Shown here piece after piece: positions 1-8,979 of a DNA stretch of 64,000 bases (its first letter is position 1; each line of letters starts with the position of its first letter). The notes beneath the pieces are model-generated. The model was given only the letters and a program-made list of their open reading frames with translations. It had not been told where the DNA came from and did no database searches. The stretch is from Candidatus Omnitrophota bacterium (GTDB lineage: Bacteria > Ratteibacteria > UBA8468 > MWAK01), in assembly GCA_043826355.1 (NCBI GenBank), contig JBDRQI010000009.1:8625-72624 (forward strand), written 5' to 3'. Both the position numbers and the translations under genes were made by a program.

Positions 1-285
1 GTATTATGGGATTTCTTTTTTATCAGCCACGGTTCCGCCAAATTTAACCTGTATGACGACCGGCCCGACAGCCGGACACATAAAGAGTTGACAACTGTGA
101 GTGTCGGAGATAGGAACCCGTCTCTTGTTGTTGTCCCGCCGGGTGTTTTTCACGGCTGGATGGCGCTGGAAGACGATACGCAACTTATCAGCATCGCCAG
201 CGAAGTCTATAACCGGGAAAACCCCGACGAAGTCAGGGTTCCCCCGGATTCCTTTGGGTGCGTCTGGGAGGTAAAGGGAAAATGA
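1..285 (+). CDS. RmlC-like cupin (dTDP-4-dehydrorhamnose 3,5-epimerase family), 5'-truncated by window edge
   Basis: Frame open from base 1 (VLWDFFFISHGSAKFNLYDDRPDS...), LVVVPPGVFHGW motif, next to a sugar epimerase gene. Confidence 0.8.
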   Translation, partial: VLWDFFFISHGSAKFNLYDDRPDSRTHKELTTVSVGDRNPSLVVVPPGVFHGWMALEDDTQLISIASEVYNRENPDEVRVPPDSFGCVWEVKGK

Positions 286-1298
286 TACTTATCACGGGAG
301 GGGCCGGCTATGTTGGCTCGGTTCTGACACGGAAGCTTTTAGAGCTTGGGGAACGCGTGAGAATATTCGACAAGTTCTATTTTGGCGAAGAAAGCCTTTG
401 GGATGTACGAAACAAGGTTGAAATCATAAAAGGAGATATCCGGGAGTTTGATCCAAAGGCGCTGAATGGCGTTACCGCGGTTGTGCATCTGGCCGCTCTT
501 TCCACCGACCCCCAGGCGGAATATAACCCCGAGGCGACTCTTCAGATCAATACGGTGGCAACGGAGAATCTGGCTTCCATGGTCAAAAAACGAAAGATAG
601 GGAGGTTTATTTTTGCCTCGTCGGCGTCGGTATATTATACAACCACCCGGGAAGAAATTGCCACAATTAAGAACGAACAAATGTCGGTTTTCCCCACCGT
701 CCCGTACGCCAAATCAAAATATGTGGCCGAACAAAAATTATTGCGCATGACCGGCGACGGATTTTGTCCGGTTATTTTGAGAAAAGGCACTATTTTCGGG
801 GTGTCTCCCCGGATGAGGTATGACCTGGTCGTAAATACGTTTGTGCGGGATGCTTTTTCCGGGGGCAGACTTTACGTCAATGCCGGTGGGGAGGCTTTTC
901 GGCCGTTGGTCCACATAAACGATGCCGTGGAGGCATATATCGCCCTTCTTCTTGCCTCCGAAGAAAAAGTCCGGGGCGAAGTTTTTAATCTTGTTCATAA
1001 AAATTATTGGGTTTTATCTTTGGCGCACTGGGTCAAGTATGTCTTAAGGGAAAAGAAACAGATTGAAGTTGATGTTTCCTATCAGGGACAAGACGGCGTG
1101 AGGAGTTATTATGTTTCCGGGGAAAAAATGTCCAAAACCATGGGATTCTGCCCGGCTGTCGGAATAAACAAGGGTGTCCTCGAACTCTGGGAAAGATTGG
1201 AAAAAAACGAACTTGCCGATTTCCAAAATGAGAAGTATTACAATATAAAACAGATGGAGAAGTTGATTGCAGAGAAAAAAATAGGCAGAGAACTTTGA
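282..1298 (+). CDS. NAD-dependent epimerase/dehydratase (extended SDR)
   Basis: ILITGGAGYVG Rossmann motif, YAKSK catalytic motif; ATG at 282 overlaps upstream stop. Confidence 0.92.
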   Translation: MILITGGAGYVGSVLTRKLLELGERVRIFDKFYFGEESLWDVRNKVEIIKGDIREFDPKALNGVTAVVHLAALSTDPQAEYNPEATLQINTVATENLASMVKKRKIGRFIFASSASVYYTTTREEIATIKNEQMSVFPTVPYAKSKYVAEQKLLRMTGDGFCPVILRKGTIFGVSPRMRYDLVVNTFVRDAFSGGRLYVNAGGEAFRPLVHINDAVEAYIALLLASEEKVRGEVFNLVHKNYWVLSLAHWVKYVLREKKQIEVDVSYQGQDGVRSYYVSGEKMSKTMGFCPAVGINKGVLELWERLEKNELADFQNEKYYNIKQMEKLIAEKKIGREL

Positions 1299-1415
1299 CG
1301 AATAGATTCGCGCCACCCTACTCCTTCCATAAGATTAAGGCAGGCAAGGATACGGAATGTTTTGCATCCAACACCTCTTGAATTCAGGGGAGGACTGTTT
1401 TGCCGGGACAGGCCG

Positions 1416-2561
1416 ATGATTAGAATTGGCTATTACACCGAGACAAATTTCTACGGCGGGGGCGAATTATATTTGAAATATCTGCTTGACGGTTTGAAGC
1501 GTGATAAATACAGCCCCACCCTTTTTTGCCCCCGGCAGTTTCCTCTGGACAAGGTATTTCCCGACAAGACGAACCCCGGATTTAAGATGCGCCGTATCGA
1601 CGAGGCGATTCGTAGGAACGTATTTTCGAAAATACTGTGTTTGCGGGGAATCTTCGGGAGGGAAACGGTTGATTTAATGCATTTTAACAGCAGCGACTGC
1701 AAAGCGGCGGTTATTGCCGCCAGGTTTGCCGGGATACCAATCCTGATTGCCACCTACCATGGGTTGCCTTTTCCGCAAAAGAGAAAACCGACCATTATAA
1801 AAAGGCTAAAAGAGTTTATCGGTTTTCTTTTTCTGAACAGGATAATCTCCATTTCCCAAACCGCGCAAAAAGAGTGGAGCAGATTCTTAAAGGTGGGAAA
1901 GGGAAAATTCCGGATTATTTACAACGGGATAGGACCAGTGGGATTTGCCGGCAGTCCTGGCCCCGGAACCATCCGGGGCCTGAAAACAGGCCTGGGGTTG
2001 AAGGAAGACGACCTGATTGTCGGCATTAACGCCCGGCTTGACCCTATGAAAGGACACCAATGTCTTATAGAAGCGGCGCCGTTGATAAGAAAAGAAGTCC
2101 CATCCGTTAAGTTCTTGATTGCCGGAGAAGGCAGTCTGTTGAATGAGTTGCAGACATTGGCAAAAAATAAAGGTCTGCAGGAGATGTTTCTTTTCCTGGG
2201 TTTCCGCGAAGACATTACCCAGGTGACATCCATTTATGATGTGACGGTATTCCCTTCAATATATTACGAGAATTTTAGTTTCGCGGCGCTGGAGGCGATG
2301 GCTTGCGCCAAGCCACTGGTCGTTAGCAATATCGGCGGGTTTCCGGAGATGGTTCTGGACGGCGTCACGGGTTTGGTTGTTAATCCCAGAGACAGCCAAG
2401 CCCTGGCGGAGGCAATAATAACGCTTCTTAAGGATCCGGCAAAAAGAATTAAAATGGGAATTATGGGGCGGAAGCGGGTTGAGGAATTATTTACGAAAGA
2501 AAAGATGGTCAGGGAGACTTGCGAGGTATATGATTCCTTATGGAACCGAAGATTGCCGTAA
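1416..2561 (+). CDS. Glycosyltransferase family 4 (GT-B)
   Basis: GGGE N-terminal motif, ARLDPMKG, ENFSFAALEAMACAKP (EX7E); start placed at ATG 1416. Confidence 0.92.
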   Translation: MIRIGYYTETNFYGGGELYLKYLLDGLKRDKYSPTLFCPRQFPLDKVFPDKTNPGFKMRRIDEAIRRNVFSKILCLRGIFGRETVDLMHFNSSDCKAAVIAARFAGIPILIATYHGLPFPQKRKPTIIKRLKEFIGFLFLNRIISISQTAQKEWSRFLKVGKGKFRIIYNGIGPVGFAGSPGPGTIRGLKTGLGLKEDDLIVGINARLDPMKGHQCLIEAAPLIRKEVPSVKFLIAGEGSLLNELQTLAKNKGLQEMFLFLGFREDITQVTSIYDVTVFPSIYYENFSFAALEAMACAKPLVVSNIGGFPEMVLDGVTGLVVNPRDSQALAEAIITLLKDPAKRIKMGIMGRKRVEELFTKEKMVRETCEVYDSLWNRRLP

Positions 2562-3709
2562 TCCACGGAGACCTGAACGTATCGGGTGGGAGCGAGGCGT
2601 TGTGTTTTCGTATTATTGAGACCTTAAAGGATGATTACCGGATAACCTTAATTACCGATAGAACGGTAAACATCCGGAAGGCAAACGCACTGTTTGGAAC
2701 CAACCTGAAAGATAATGATTTTAAAGTTAAGGTTTCTCTACTGCCGTTTATTCTGAATACGCTCTCAAAATCCAGATTTATCAAATGGAGATGGGCTTTA
2801 TTACAAAAATCAGCAAAAAGGGCGAGTGACAGTTATGACCTTCTATTTTCCGCCTCCAATGAGGCCGATTTCGGCAGACGGGGAATACAGTATCTCCATT
2901 TTCCAAAGGCGGTGGATGAATTGCATCTGAGAAAAACCGGTGAACTCTCCGATGACCTTGCCCGGGGCAGTTCGGTTTTTTCCAGGCTATATCTCTGGAT
3001 TTACCGCCGGCGGCTTCGCCCAGATTATGAAAATGTAAGAATTAACAGGACGCTCTGCAATTCTGAATTTACTCAGACCGTTTTCGGAAATTTTTACAAG
3101 GCGGAATGCGAAGTGGTTTATCCGCCCATAACAGACCTTTCCGCCTATGCCCGACCCTGGCCTGAAAGGGAAGATGGGTTTGTCTGCGCGGGAAGGATTG
3201 AGCCGGCAAAGAATGTTGTCCGGACCGTGAGAATATTGAAAAAATTGAAGGAGTTGGGGTTAAACTTGCATCTGCATATATTGGGAAAACCATGGGACAG
3301 AGCCTACGCAAAAAAGGTTGCGGCAGAATGCAGAGGTACCGATTTCCTGCTTTACGAGGGTGAGGTCAGTCGGGAAGAATTGAATAAATTGATGGGTAGC
3401 CATAAATATTTTATTCACGGCTACGATTTTGAGCATTTTGGAATGGCATCAGCAGAAGCGGTGTCAGCCGGGTGCATTCCCTTCGTTCCAAATTCAGGCG
3501 GCCAGGTGGAAATTATCGGCAAAAATCCGTTGCTTTGCTATTCGGACGAATATGACGCGGTGGAAAAGATTGATAGAGTATGCCGGGATGCCGGGTTACA
3601 AGAAAATATCAGAGAAGATTTGAAATCGGTCCTTCCCAATTTTTCCTCAGATAATTTTCGGCGCCGAATAAAAGAAATAGTCCGGGAGGAGTTACGGAGG
3701 AAGGCGTGA
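2540..3709 (+). CDS. Glycosyltransferase family 4 (ALG11-like)
   Basis: SGGSE, NSEFT, VVYPP, GRIEPAKN, EHFGMASAE motifs. Confidence 0.9.
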   Translation: MEPKIAVIHGDLNVSGGSEALCFRIIETLKDDYRITLITDRTVNIRKANALFGTNLKDNDFKVKVSLLPFILNTLSKSRFIKWRWALLQKSAKRASDSYDLLFSASNEADFGRRGIQYLHFPKAVDELHLRKTGELSDDLARGSSVFSRLYLWIYRRRLRPDYENVRINRTLCNSEFTQTVFGNFYKAECEVVYPPITDLSAYARPWPEREDGFVCAGRIEPAKNVVRTVRILKKLKELGLNLHLHILGKPWDRAYAKKVAAECRGTDFLLYEGEVSREELNKLMGSHKYFIHGYDFEHFGMASAEAVSAGCIPFVPNSGGQVEIIGKNPLLCYSDEYDAVEKIDRVCRDAGLQENIREDLKSVLPNFSSDNFRRRIKEIVREELRRKA

Positions 3710-4989
3710 AGATGGATTTGGTTATATTCCCGTTTCAGGACTGGAAGAAGAATGAGATTGAAGGATTCAGGGAAAGGGACAGCCACTTAATCCAGCATTT
3801 TGACCGTGATGAACGGGTGGGAAAAATAATGGTTGTGGACCGGCCTATCTCTCTGCCGGAAATGGCGCTGAAAAGAAGGTTCTGGCGAATCAAAAACGGC
3901 CGGGTGGTGAAGAAAGGGCGTTTTTATACCCTCAGCCAGGTTACCGCCAAGATATTCGTGCTGGACACGTTTTCCGGAGATATTTTACGGCCTCTTGTTA
4001 TGCGGCGCGACTGGTGGGACTTTGTCCTGCGGCACCGCAAAATTCTGAAGATAATCCGGGAAGCTGAGGATTCACTCCAGATGAAGAACGTCGTTTTTTT
4101 CTGCTGCGGTCCCCTGTCGACCGGCCCGGTTGGGCAGCTTGGCGAGAAGCTTTTCGTTTTTGACGCCAATGACAACTGGCTGCAGCACCCCAGGATACAG
4201 GACAAAAGGGGGTTTGTTGCCGGGGGCTATCAATTTGTCAAGGATAAGGCGGATTTGATTTTCACCAATTCGGCGGGACTGAAGGACTTTTTCGGCGATG
4301 CCAAAACAAGCCGCGTTGATTGGATTCCGATGGGTGTGGACCCGGAATTTTTCCGGGTGTCTCCGGAAGATATACCGGAAGATGTCAAGAAAGTCCGCCG
4401 CCCAATTGTGTGTTATAACGGCCGGTTTGCCAAAAGAGTCAACATCGACCTTTTTTTGTATCTTCTTGAAACGCTGCCGCAGGTGAATTTTGTGTTTATC
4501 GGACAGTTTCTGGATAAAAATTGGGCCCGGCCGCTCTTTAAATTTCCAAATTTTCATTACCTGGGAAACAAGCATTATTCAATTTATCCAAAGTACCTGG
4601 CGGCTTTCGACGTTTGCATCCTTCCGCACTACGTTCCGCCGGATGAGCCGGATAGTGTTTTAGTTAAGGAAGAACTTGTCGCGCACGATAATAAGGGCAG
4701 GGTCACCCGTTTTCAAGACCCGATAAAGTTGTACGAATACCTGGCCGCGGGGAAGCCGGTGGTTACCACCCCGATTGCCGGCGTGGATGTCTTCAAAGAA
4801 CAGATTACCATCGCCGGGACGAAAGAGGAGTTCCGCGACGGAATCTTCTACTGGCTGAAAAGGACGGCGGAAGAACCGGATTTGCCGGAGAGGTTGAGGG
4901 CCGCCATTACCCCGGAACATCTCTGGAGCACCAAGGCCAAAAAGATGCTGGATGCGGTGGAAGCGCTTCTCCGGGAAAAGGGGATATGA
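3706..4989 (+). CDS. GT-B glycosyltransferase (TuaH-like)
   Basis: DPIKLYEYLAAGKPVVTT motif. Confidence 0.88.
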   Translation: MKMDLVIFPFQDWKKNEIEGFRERDSHLIQHFDRDERVGKIMVVDRPISLPEMALKRRFWRIKNGRVVKKGRFYTLSQVTAKIFVLDTFSGDILRPLVMRRDWWDFVLRHRKILKIIREAEDSLQMKNVVFFCCGPLSTGPVGQLGEKLFVFDANDNWLQHPRIQDKRGFVAGGYQFVKDKADLIFTNSAGLKDFFGDAKTSRVDWIPMGVDPEFFRVSPEDIPEDVKKVRRPIVCYNGRFAKRVNIDLFLYLLETLPQVNFVFIGQFLDKNWARPLFKFPNFHYLGNKHYSIYPKYLAAFDVCILPHYVPPDEPDSVLVKEELVAHDNKGRVTRFQDPIKLYEYLAAGKPVVTTPIAGVDVFKEQITIAGTKEEFRDGIFYWLKRTAEEPDLPERLRAAITPEHLWSTKAKKMLDAVEALLREKGI

Positions 4990-6449
4990 AGATACAATTT
5001 GTCTTTGCGCCGACCCGGGAACGGGCGCGGCTTGGAGAGTTGAGCGAGGGGAGAACTCCAGCTCTTTCTCTATTGTATCTGGCGGCGTATTTGAGAAAGA
5101 GCTGGAAGGGCACCGAATTAAAGATGCGGTTTGAAGACGGGCTCCTGCTCGGAATGGAAAAGACGCTTCTGCGAATAAAAGAATTCCGCCCTGACCTCCT
5201 GGCGGTCTCTTTCTATACGCCGCAGGCAGAAGGCGCCTACGAACTCATCAACAACGTAAAGAGCGCCTTGCCGGAGACGTTCGTGGCGGCCGGCGGAGTA
5301 CACGCCACCGCTTTGCCTGAAGAGGTATTTGAACGTTCCCGGCCGGACGCGGTGGTTATCGGGGAGGGCGAGGAGACCTTCAGTGAACTGGTTGGTTTAC
5401 TCGGGTCGAAAGGGAGGCTGGCCAGGGAGGATTTACGGAGAATACCAGGGATTGCTTTTGCTGAAGACGGGCAGATGGAGAAGACCTTGCCCCGCCCATT
5501 CATCCGGGACCTGGATTCAATCCCGTTCCCGGCTTACGACCTGATAGATTTGAAAGATTACAAAGGTTGGTATCTGAACAAGGGAGGGTTGGAAGCGCCG
5601 CTCTTCTCGGCCCGCGGCTGTCCCTACTGGTGCACTTTTTGTTCCAACGTTATCTGGAAGGCGGGCCGGCCAACGGTACGGCTGCGCTCCCCGAAGAATA
5701 TAGCGGATGAGATTGAGTGGCTGGTAAAGGAATGCGGCGTCAACGAAATATACGACTGTTCCGACGAATTCAACAACAACATCCACAATGCGCTGGCCAT
5801 CTGCCGGGAAATCAGGCGGCGTAACCTGAAGGTGCGGTGGAAAACCTCGCTCCGGGCAGACCGGCTTCCGGAAGAACTGGTAAAAGAGATGGCGCCGGCC
5901 GGCTGCTGGTATGCGCTGATTGGCATTGAGAGCGGAAACGAAAGGACGCTTGAGGGCATCAATAAAAAGATTGAACTGTCCGAGGTGGAGACAAGTTGCA
6001 AACTTCTCAAAAAATACGGCATCAAGGTCCAGGGCCTTTTTATGCTTTACAATGTCTGGGAAAAGGACGGAAGGTTGGAATACGAGACGACAGCGGAGGT
6101 GAGAAAGACGCTTGATTACGCTTACCGACTGGTGAAAAACCGGCTCCTGGATTATGTCGGCTGGTCGATAACCGTGCCTTACCCGGGTAGTAAATTATAT
6201 GATATTGCCCAGAAATACGACCTTATCCGGCCGGAATACCGGGGGAAGTGGGAGGATTGGCTGAAGAAGGATTCTTACGTCCTTTCCCTGCCCGGCATCT
6301 CCATCTCCGAACAGGTTCATTTGAAGACAATCGGTTCCATCCTGCGCGCAAAACTTATCTTGCGGCAGGGGGAATTTAACCTTAAGGACATTCCCTGGCT
6401 TGTAAAAAAGGGAATCAAGATTCTGGCAAATGAATTGAAAACGAGGTAA
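4986..6449 (+). CDS. Cobalamin-binding radical SAM protein (class B methyltransferase-like)
   Basis: GGVHAT, GEGE, ARGCPYWCTFC (CxxxCxxC), GIESG, PYPGS. Confidence 0.92.
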   Translation: MKIQFVFAPTRERARLGELSEGRTPALSLLYLAAYLRKSWKGTELKMRFEDGLLLGMEKTLLRIKEFRPDLLAVSFYTPQAEGAYELINNVKSALPETFVAAGGVHATALPEEVFERSRPDAVVIGEGEETFSELVGLLGSKGRLAREDLRRIPGIAFAEDGQMEKTLPRPFIRDLDSIPFPAYDLIDLKDYKGWYLNKGGLEAPLFSARGCPYWCTFCSNVIWKAGRPTVRLRSPKNIADEIEWLVKECGVNEIYDCSDEFNNNIHNALAICREIRRRNLKVRWKTSLRADRLPEELVKEMAPAGCWYALIGIESGNERTLEGINKKIELSEVETSCKLLKKYGIKVQGLFMLYNVWEKDGRLEYETTAEVRKTLDYAYRLVKNRLLDYVGWSITVPYPGSKLYDIAQKYDLIRPEYRGKWEDWLKKDSYVLSLPGISISEQVHLKTIGSILRAKLILRQGEFNLKDIPWLVKKGIKILANELKTR

Positions 6450-6480
6450 TGGATTCCCGACTATTACCGCGGGAATAACA
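6450..6480 (-). repeat. Short palindromic repeat, GTCATTCCCGC...GCGGGAATCCA family
   Basis: Reverse complement TGTTATTCCCGCGGTAATAGTCGGGAATCCA resembles copies at 47224-47255 and 56210-56240. Confidence 0.75.
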
Positions 6481-6489
6481 GATAAAAAT

Positions 6490-7659
6490 ATGAAGATTGG
6501 GATTGTCGGGACCAGGGGCATACCGGCCCGGTACGGCGGGTTTGAGACCTGCGCGGAGGAACTGGCAAAGGGGCTGGCGGCCGGGGGGCATAAGGTTTAT
6601 GTTGCCTGCCGGCGGCACATGTATCCGGAAGTCTGGCCGGGAAAAGCGAGATTCTTCGCTCCGCTCAGAATGACACCGTTTTGTCACCCTGAGCAGGGCG
6701 AAGGGTCTATATTTTTATTCTTCCCGCCGTCCCTGCCCGGCAAGGCGACCGATACCTTTTCCCATACGTTTTTCGGCGTTCTTTACCTGCTCCTTTTCCG
6801 ACCGGTGGATACGATTCTGGTCTTCAACGTTGCCAACAGCCCCCTTATCCTGTTTCTGCGCATTCTGGGCAAGAAGGCGGCGCTCAATACCGACGGATTG
6901 GAATGGAGGCGCGGAAAATGGGGTCCGGCGGCCCGCGCCTATTTCCGGTTTTGCGAACTGGTTGCCTGTCTTTCCGGCGCTACGCTGATTTCCGATTCCA
7001 GGGCGATTGGAGATTATTACCGGAGGAAGTACGGAAAGAGGACGGTCTTTATACCGTACGGGGCGCGGGTCACCCCCACGCTACCTCCCCCGCCAGGGGG
7101 GAGGGATTATGGGGATGACATACTCCGGGAATACGGGTTGGAGAAAGACAGGTACCTGTTGGTGGTGGGGCGGCTGGAACCGGAGAATAACGCAGATTTG
7201 ATTACCAGGGCGTTTCAGAGGGTCAGCACCGATAAGTTGCTGGTGATTATAGGTGAAACCAATTGGAAGAGCTCTTATCGCCGGCAACTGAAGAAAATAG
7301 ACGACCGCCGGGTACGTTTCCTGGGCGCAATTTACCGGCCCGGACACCTGAACCGACTCCTTGAGGGTTGCTATTTTTATATCCACGGTCACGAGGTCGG
7401 CGGCACCAACCCGGCGCTTCTGCAGGCAATGGGTTCCGGCAGTTGCGTCCTGGCGCTGGACACTATTTTCAACGCGGAGGTAGTTGAAAAAACAGGACTG
7501 CTCTTTGCCAAAGATGCCGGGGCGCTGGCCGGTAAGATGCAATATTTACTGGTTAATCCGGAAGTGGTAAGATATTATCGGGAAGCAGGCCCGAAGAGGA
7601 TAAGGGAATTTTATCCGTGGGAAAAGGTGATAACGGGGTACGAAAGATTATTCTTGTAA
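6490..7659 (+). CDS. DUF1972-type glycosyltransferase family 4 (rhamnosyltransferase-like) with two repeat-derived in-frame inserts
   Basis: GTRGIPARYGGFET, NTDGLEW, GRLEPENN, HGHEVGGTNPALLQAM. Confidence 0.92.
   Translation: MKIGIVGTRGIPARYGGFETCAEELAKGLAAGGHKVYVACRRHMYPEVWPGKARFFAPLRMTPFCHPEQGEGSIFLFFPPSLPGKATDTFSHTFFGVLYLLLFRPVDTILVFNVANSPLILFLRILGKKAALNTDGLEWRRGKWGPAARAYFRFCELVACLSGATLISDSRAIGDYYRRKYGKRTVFIPYGARVTPTLPPPPGGRDYGDDILREYGLEKDRYLLVVGRLEPENNADLITRAFQRVSTDKLLVIIGETNWKSSYRRQLKKIDDRRVRFLGAIYRPGHLNRLLEGCYFYIHGHEVGGTNPALLQAMGSGSCVLALDTIFNAEVVEKTGLLFAKDAGALAGKMQYLLVNPEVVRYYREAGPKRIREFYPWEKVITGYERLFL
6648..6708. repeat. TGTCATTCTGAG/CTCAGAATGACA-family palindromic repeat, in frame inside CDS
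   Basis: GAGATTCTTCGCTCCGCTCAGAATGACA..TGTCACCCTGAGCAGGGCGAAGGGTCT matches intergenic copies; encodes RFFAPLRMTPFCHPEQGEGS. Confidence 0.85.
7071..7105. repeat. C-rich/G-rich hairpin repeat (CCCCTCACCC..CCTCCCC..GGGGAGG family), in frame inside CDS
   Basis: CACCCCCACGCTACCTCCCCCGCCAGGGGGGAGGG; encodes TPTLPPPPGGR. Confidence 0.75.
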
Positions 7660-7665
7660 CGGCCG

Positions 7666-8979
7666 ATGAAACGAAGAATAGCGTTTTCGCTGTTTATTGA
7701 TGCGGGAATTATTTTCGGTTCGTTTTTGCTGGCGTATTATATGCGTTTTTACGGCGGCATCTTTCCGGAGCGGGTTGCGCCGCCTTTGTCCATTTACGCC
7801 AAGATTGCCGGTTTCTTTGCGGTCGGCTGGGTCATCATCCTGAAGGCGTTCGGACTTTACCGGCATGATGATTTTCCGGAATTACTCATCGTTAACCTGC
7901 GGCTCATCCAGGGAACGTTCTGGGCGACCGTGTTTTTGTTGAGCGGAACGTTCTTTTACCGGGGGGTGGAATTTTCGCGGCTGGTGGTTGGACTCGCTAT
8001 CTCTTTCAGTTTCACTTTCCTTTATCTTTTCCGCCTGGTCTTCCTGCGCTCCGGTTTTTTCATCGGGAAACCGGCCGGGCTTCTGATGCTGGCAAATCCG
8101 GCGACCGGGGAGCGATTAAAAGAACGTTTGGACCGCCACAAAATCCACTGCCGGATACTGGGTTTTCTGGACCCGGCCGGGGGGGGAATTTTGGCCGGAT
8201 TAGAGAGATACCTTGACTCCGGCGAACTGACCGGTATCATCTGCGCGGAAAAACTGCCGGACCAGATAATCTCCGGCTTATTGAACTGCACCAAAGAAAA
8301 AGGAGTTAAGGTCTTCTTCCTGCCGGAGAATTACGAGGTTTCCTGCAGTACCGCTTCTTTTGATTCGCTGGCCGGCCTGCCTCTGCTGACCTTTCCCGAA
8401 ACTGCGCTGGAAAGGTTCGGTAACCGTTTGATTAAAAGGACGCTGGATGTTTTTTTGAGCGCTATCCTGATAATTGTTTTTTCCCCGTTTTTCCTGGTTA
8501 TTTCCCTCCTGGTGAAAATGACTTCAGCCGGGCCCGTATTTTTCAGGCAGGAGCGTGCCGGTTACGCCGGAAAAACGTTTCGCATCATCAAGTTCCGCAC
8601 GATGCTCCAAGGTGCCGGCGGCGCGACCTGGACCGGTAAGGATGACAGCCGGCTTACCCGGATAGGCGGCGCGCTGCGTCATTTTAATCTGGATGAACTG
8701 CCCCAGTTTTTTGATGTTTTTGCCGGCCGGATGAGCCTGGTGGGACCGCGGCCGATTGCCCTGGCAGATTTACCGTACTTCCAGGGGCCGAATTTTGAAT
8801 ACCGCCTGAAGGTTAAACCCGGGCTGACCGGCTGGGCGCAGATTCACGGCCTGCGCGGGGGACACCTGATGCCTGAGGAACGTTTGGCTTACGACTTCTT
8901 TTATATAGAAAACTGGAGCATCTGGCTGGATATGGTGATTTTGCTGGCTACGCCCCTGTCATTCAGAAATGCATACTAA
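7666..8979 (+). CDS. Undecaprenyl-phosphate sugar phosphotransferase (WcaJ-like)
   Basis: N-terminal TM helices; KRTLD, KFRTM, LDELPQ, MSLVGPRP, VKPGLTGWAQ. Confidence 0.93.
   Translation: MKRRIAFSLFIDAGIIFGSFLLAYYMRFYGGIFPERVAPPLSIYAKIAGFFAVGWVIILKAFGLYRHDDFPELLIVNLRLIQGTFWATVFLLSGTFFYRGVEFSRLVVGLAISFSFTFLYLFRLVFLRSGFFIGKPAGLLMLANPATGERLKERLDRHKIHCRILGFLDPAGGGILAGLERYLDSGELTGIICAEKLPDQIISGLLNCTKEKGVKVFFLPENYEVSCSTASFDSLAGLPLLTFPETALERFGNRLIKRTLDVFLSAILIIVFSPFFLVISLLVKMTSAGPVFFRQERAGYAGKTFRIIKFRTMLQGAGGATWTGKDDSRLTRIGGALRHFNLDELPQFFDVFAGRMSLVGPRPIALADLPYFQGPNFEYRLKVKPGLTGWAQIHGLRGGHLMPEERLAYDFFYIENWSIWLDMVILLATPLSFRNAY

Noticed and set aside
1300..1415. Possible structured RNA in the intergenic region
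   Set aside because: Only a short palindrome around TGAATTCA; no recognisable motif
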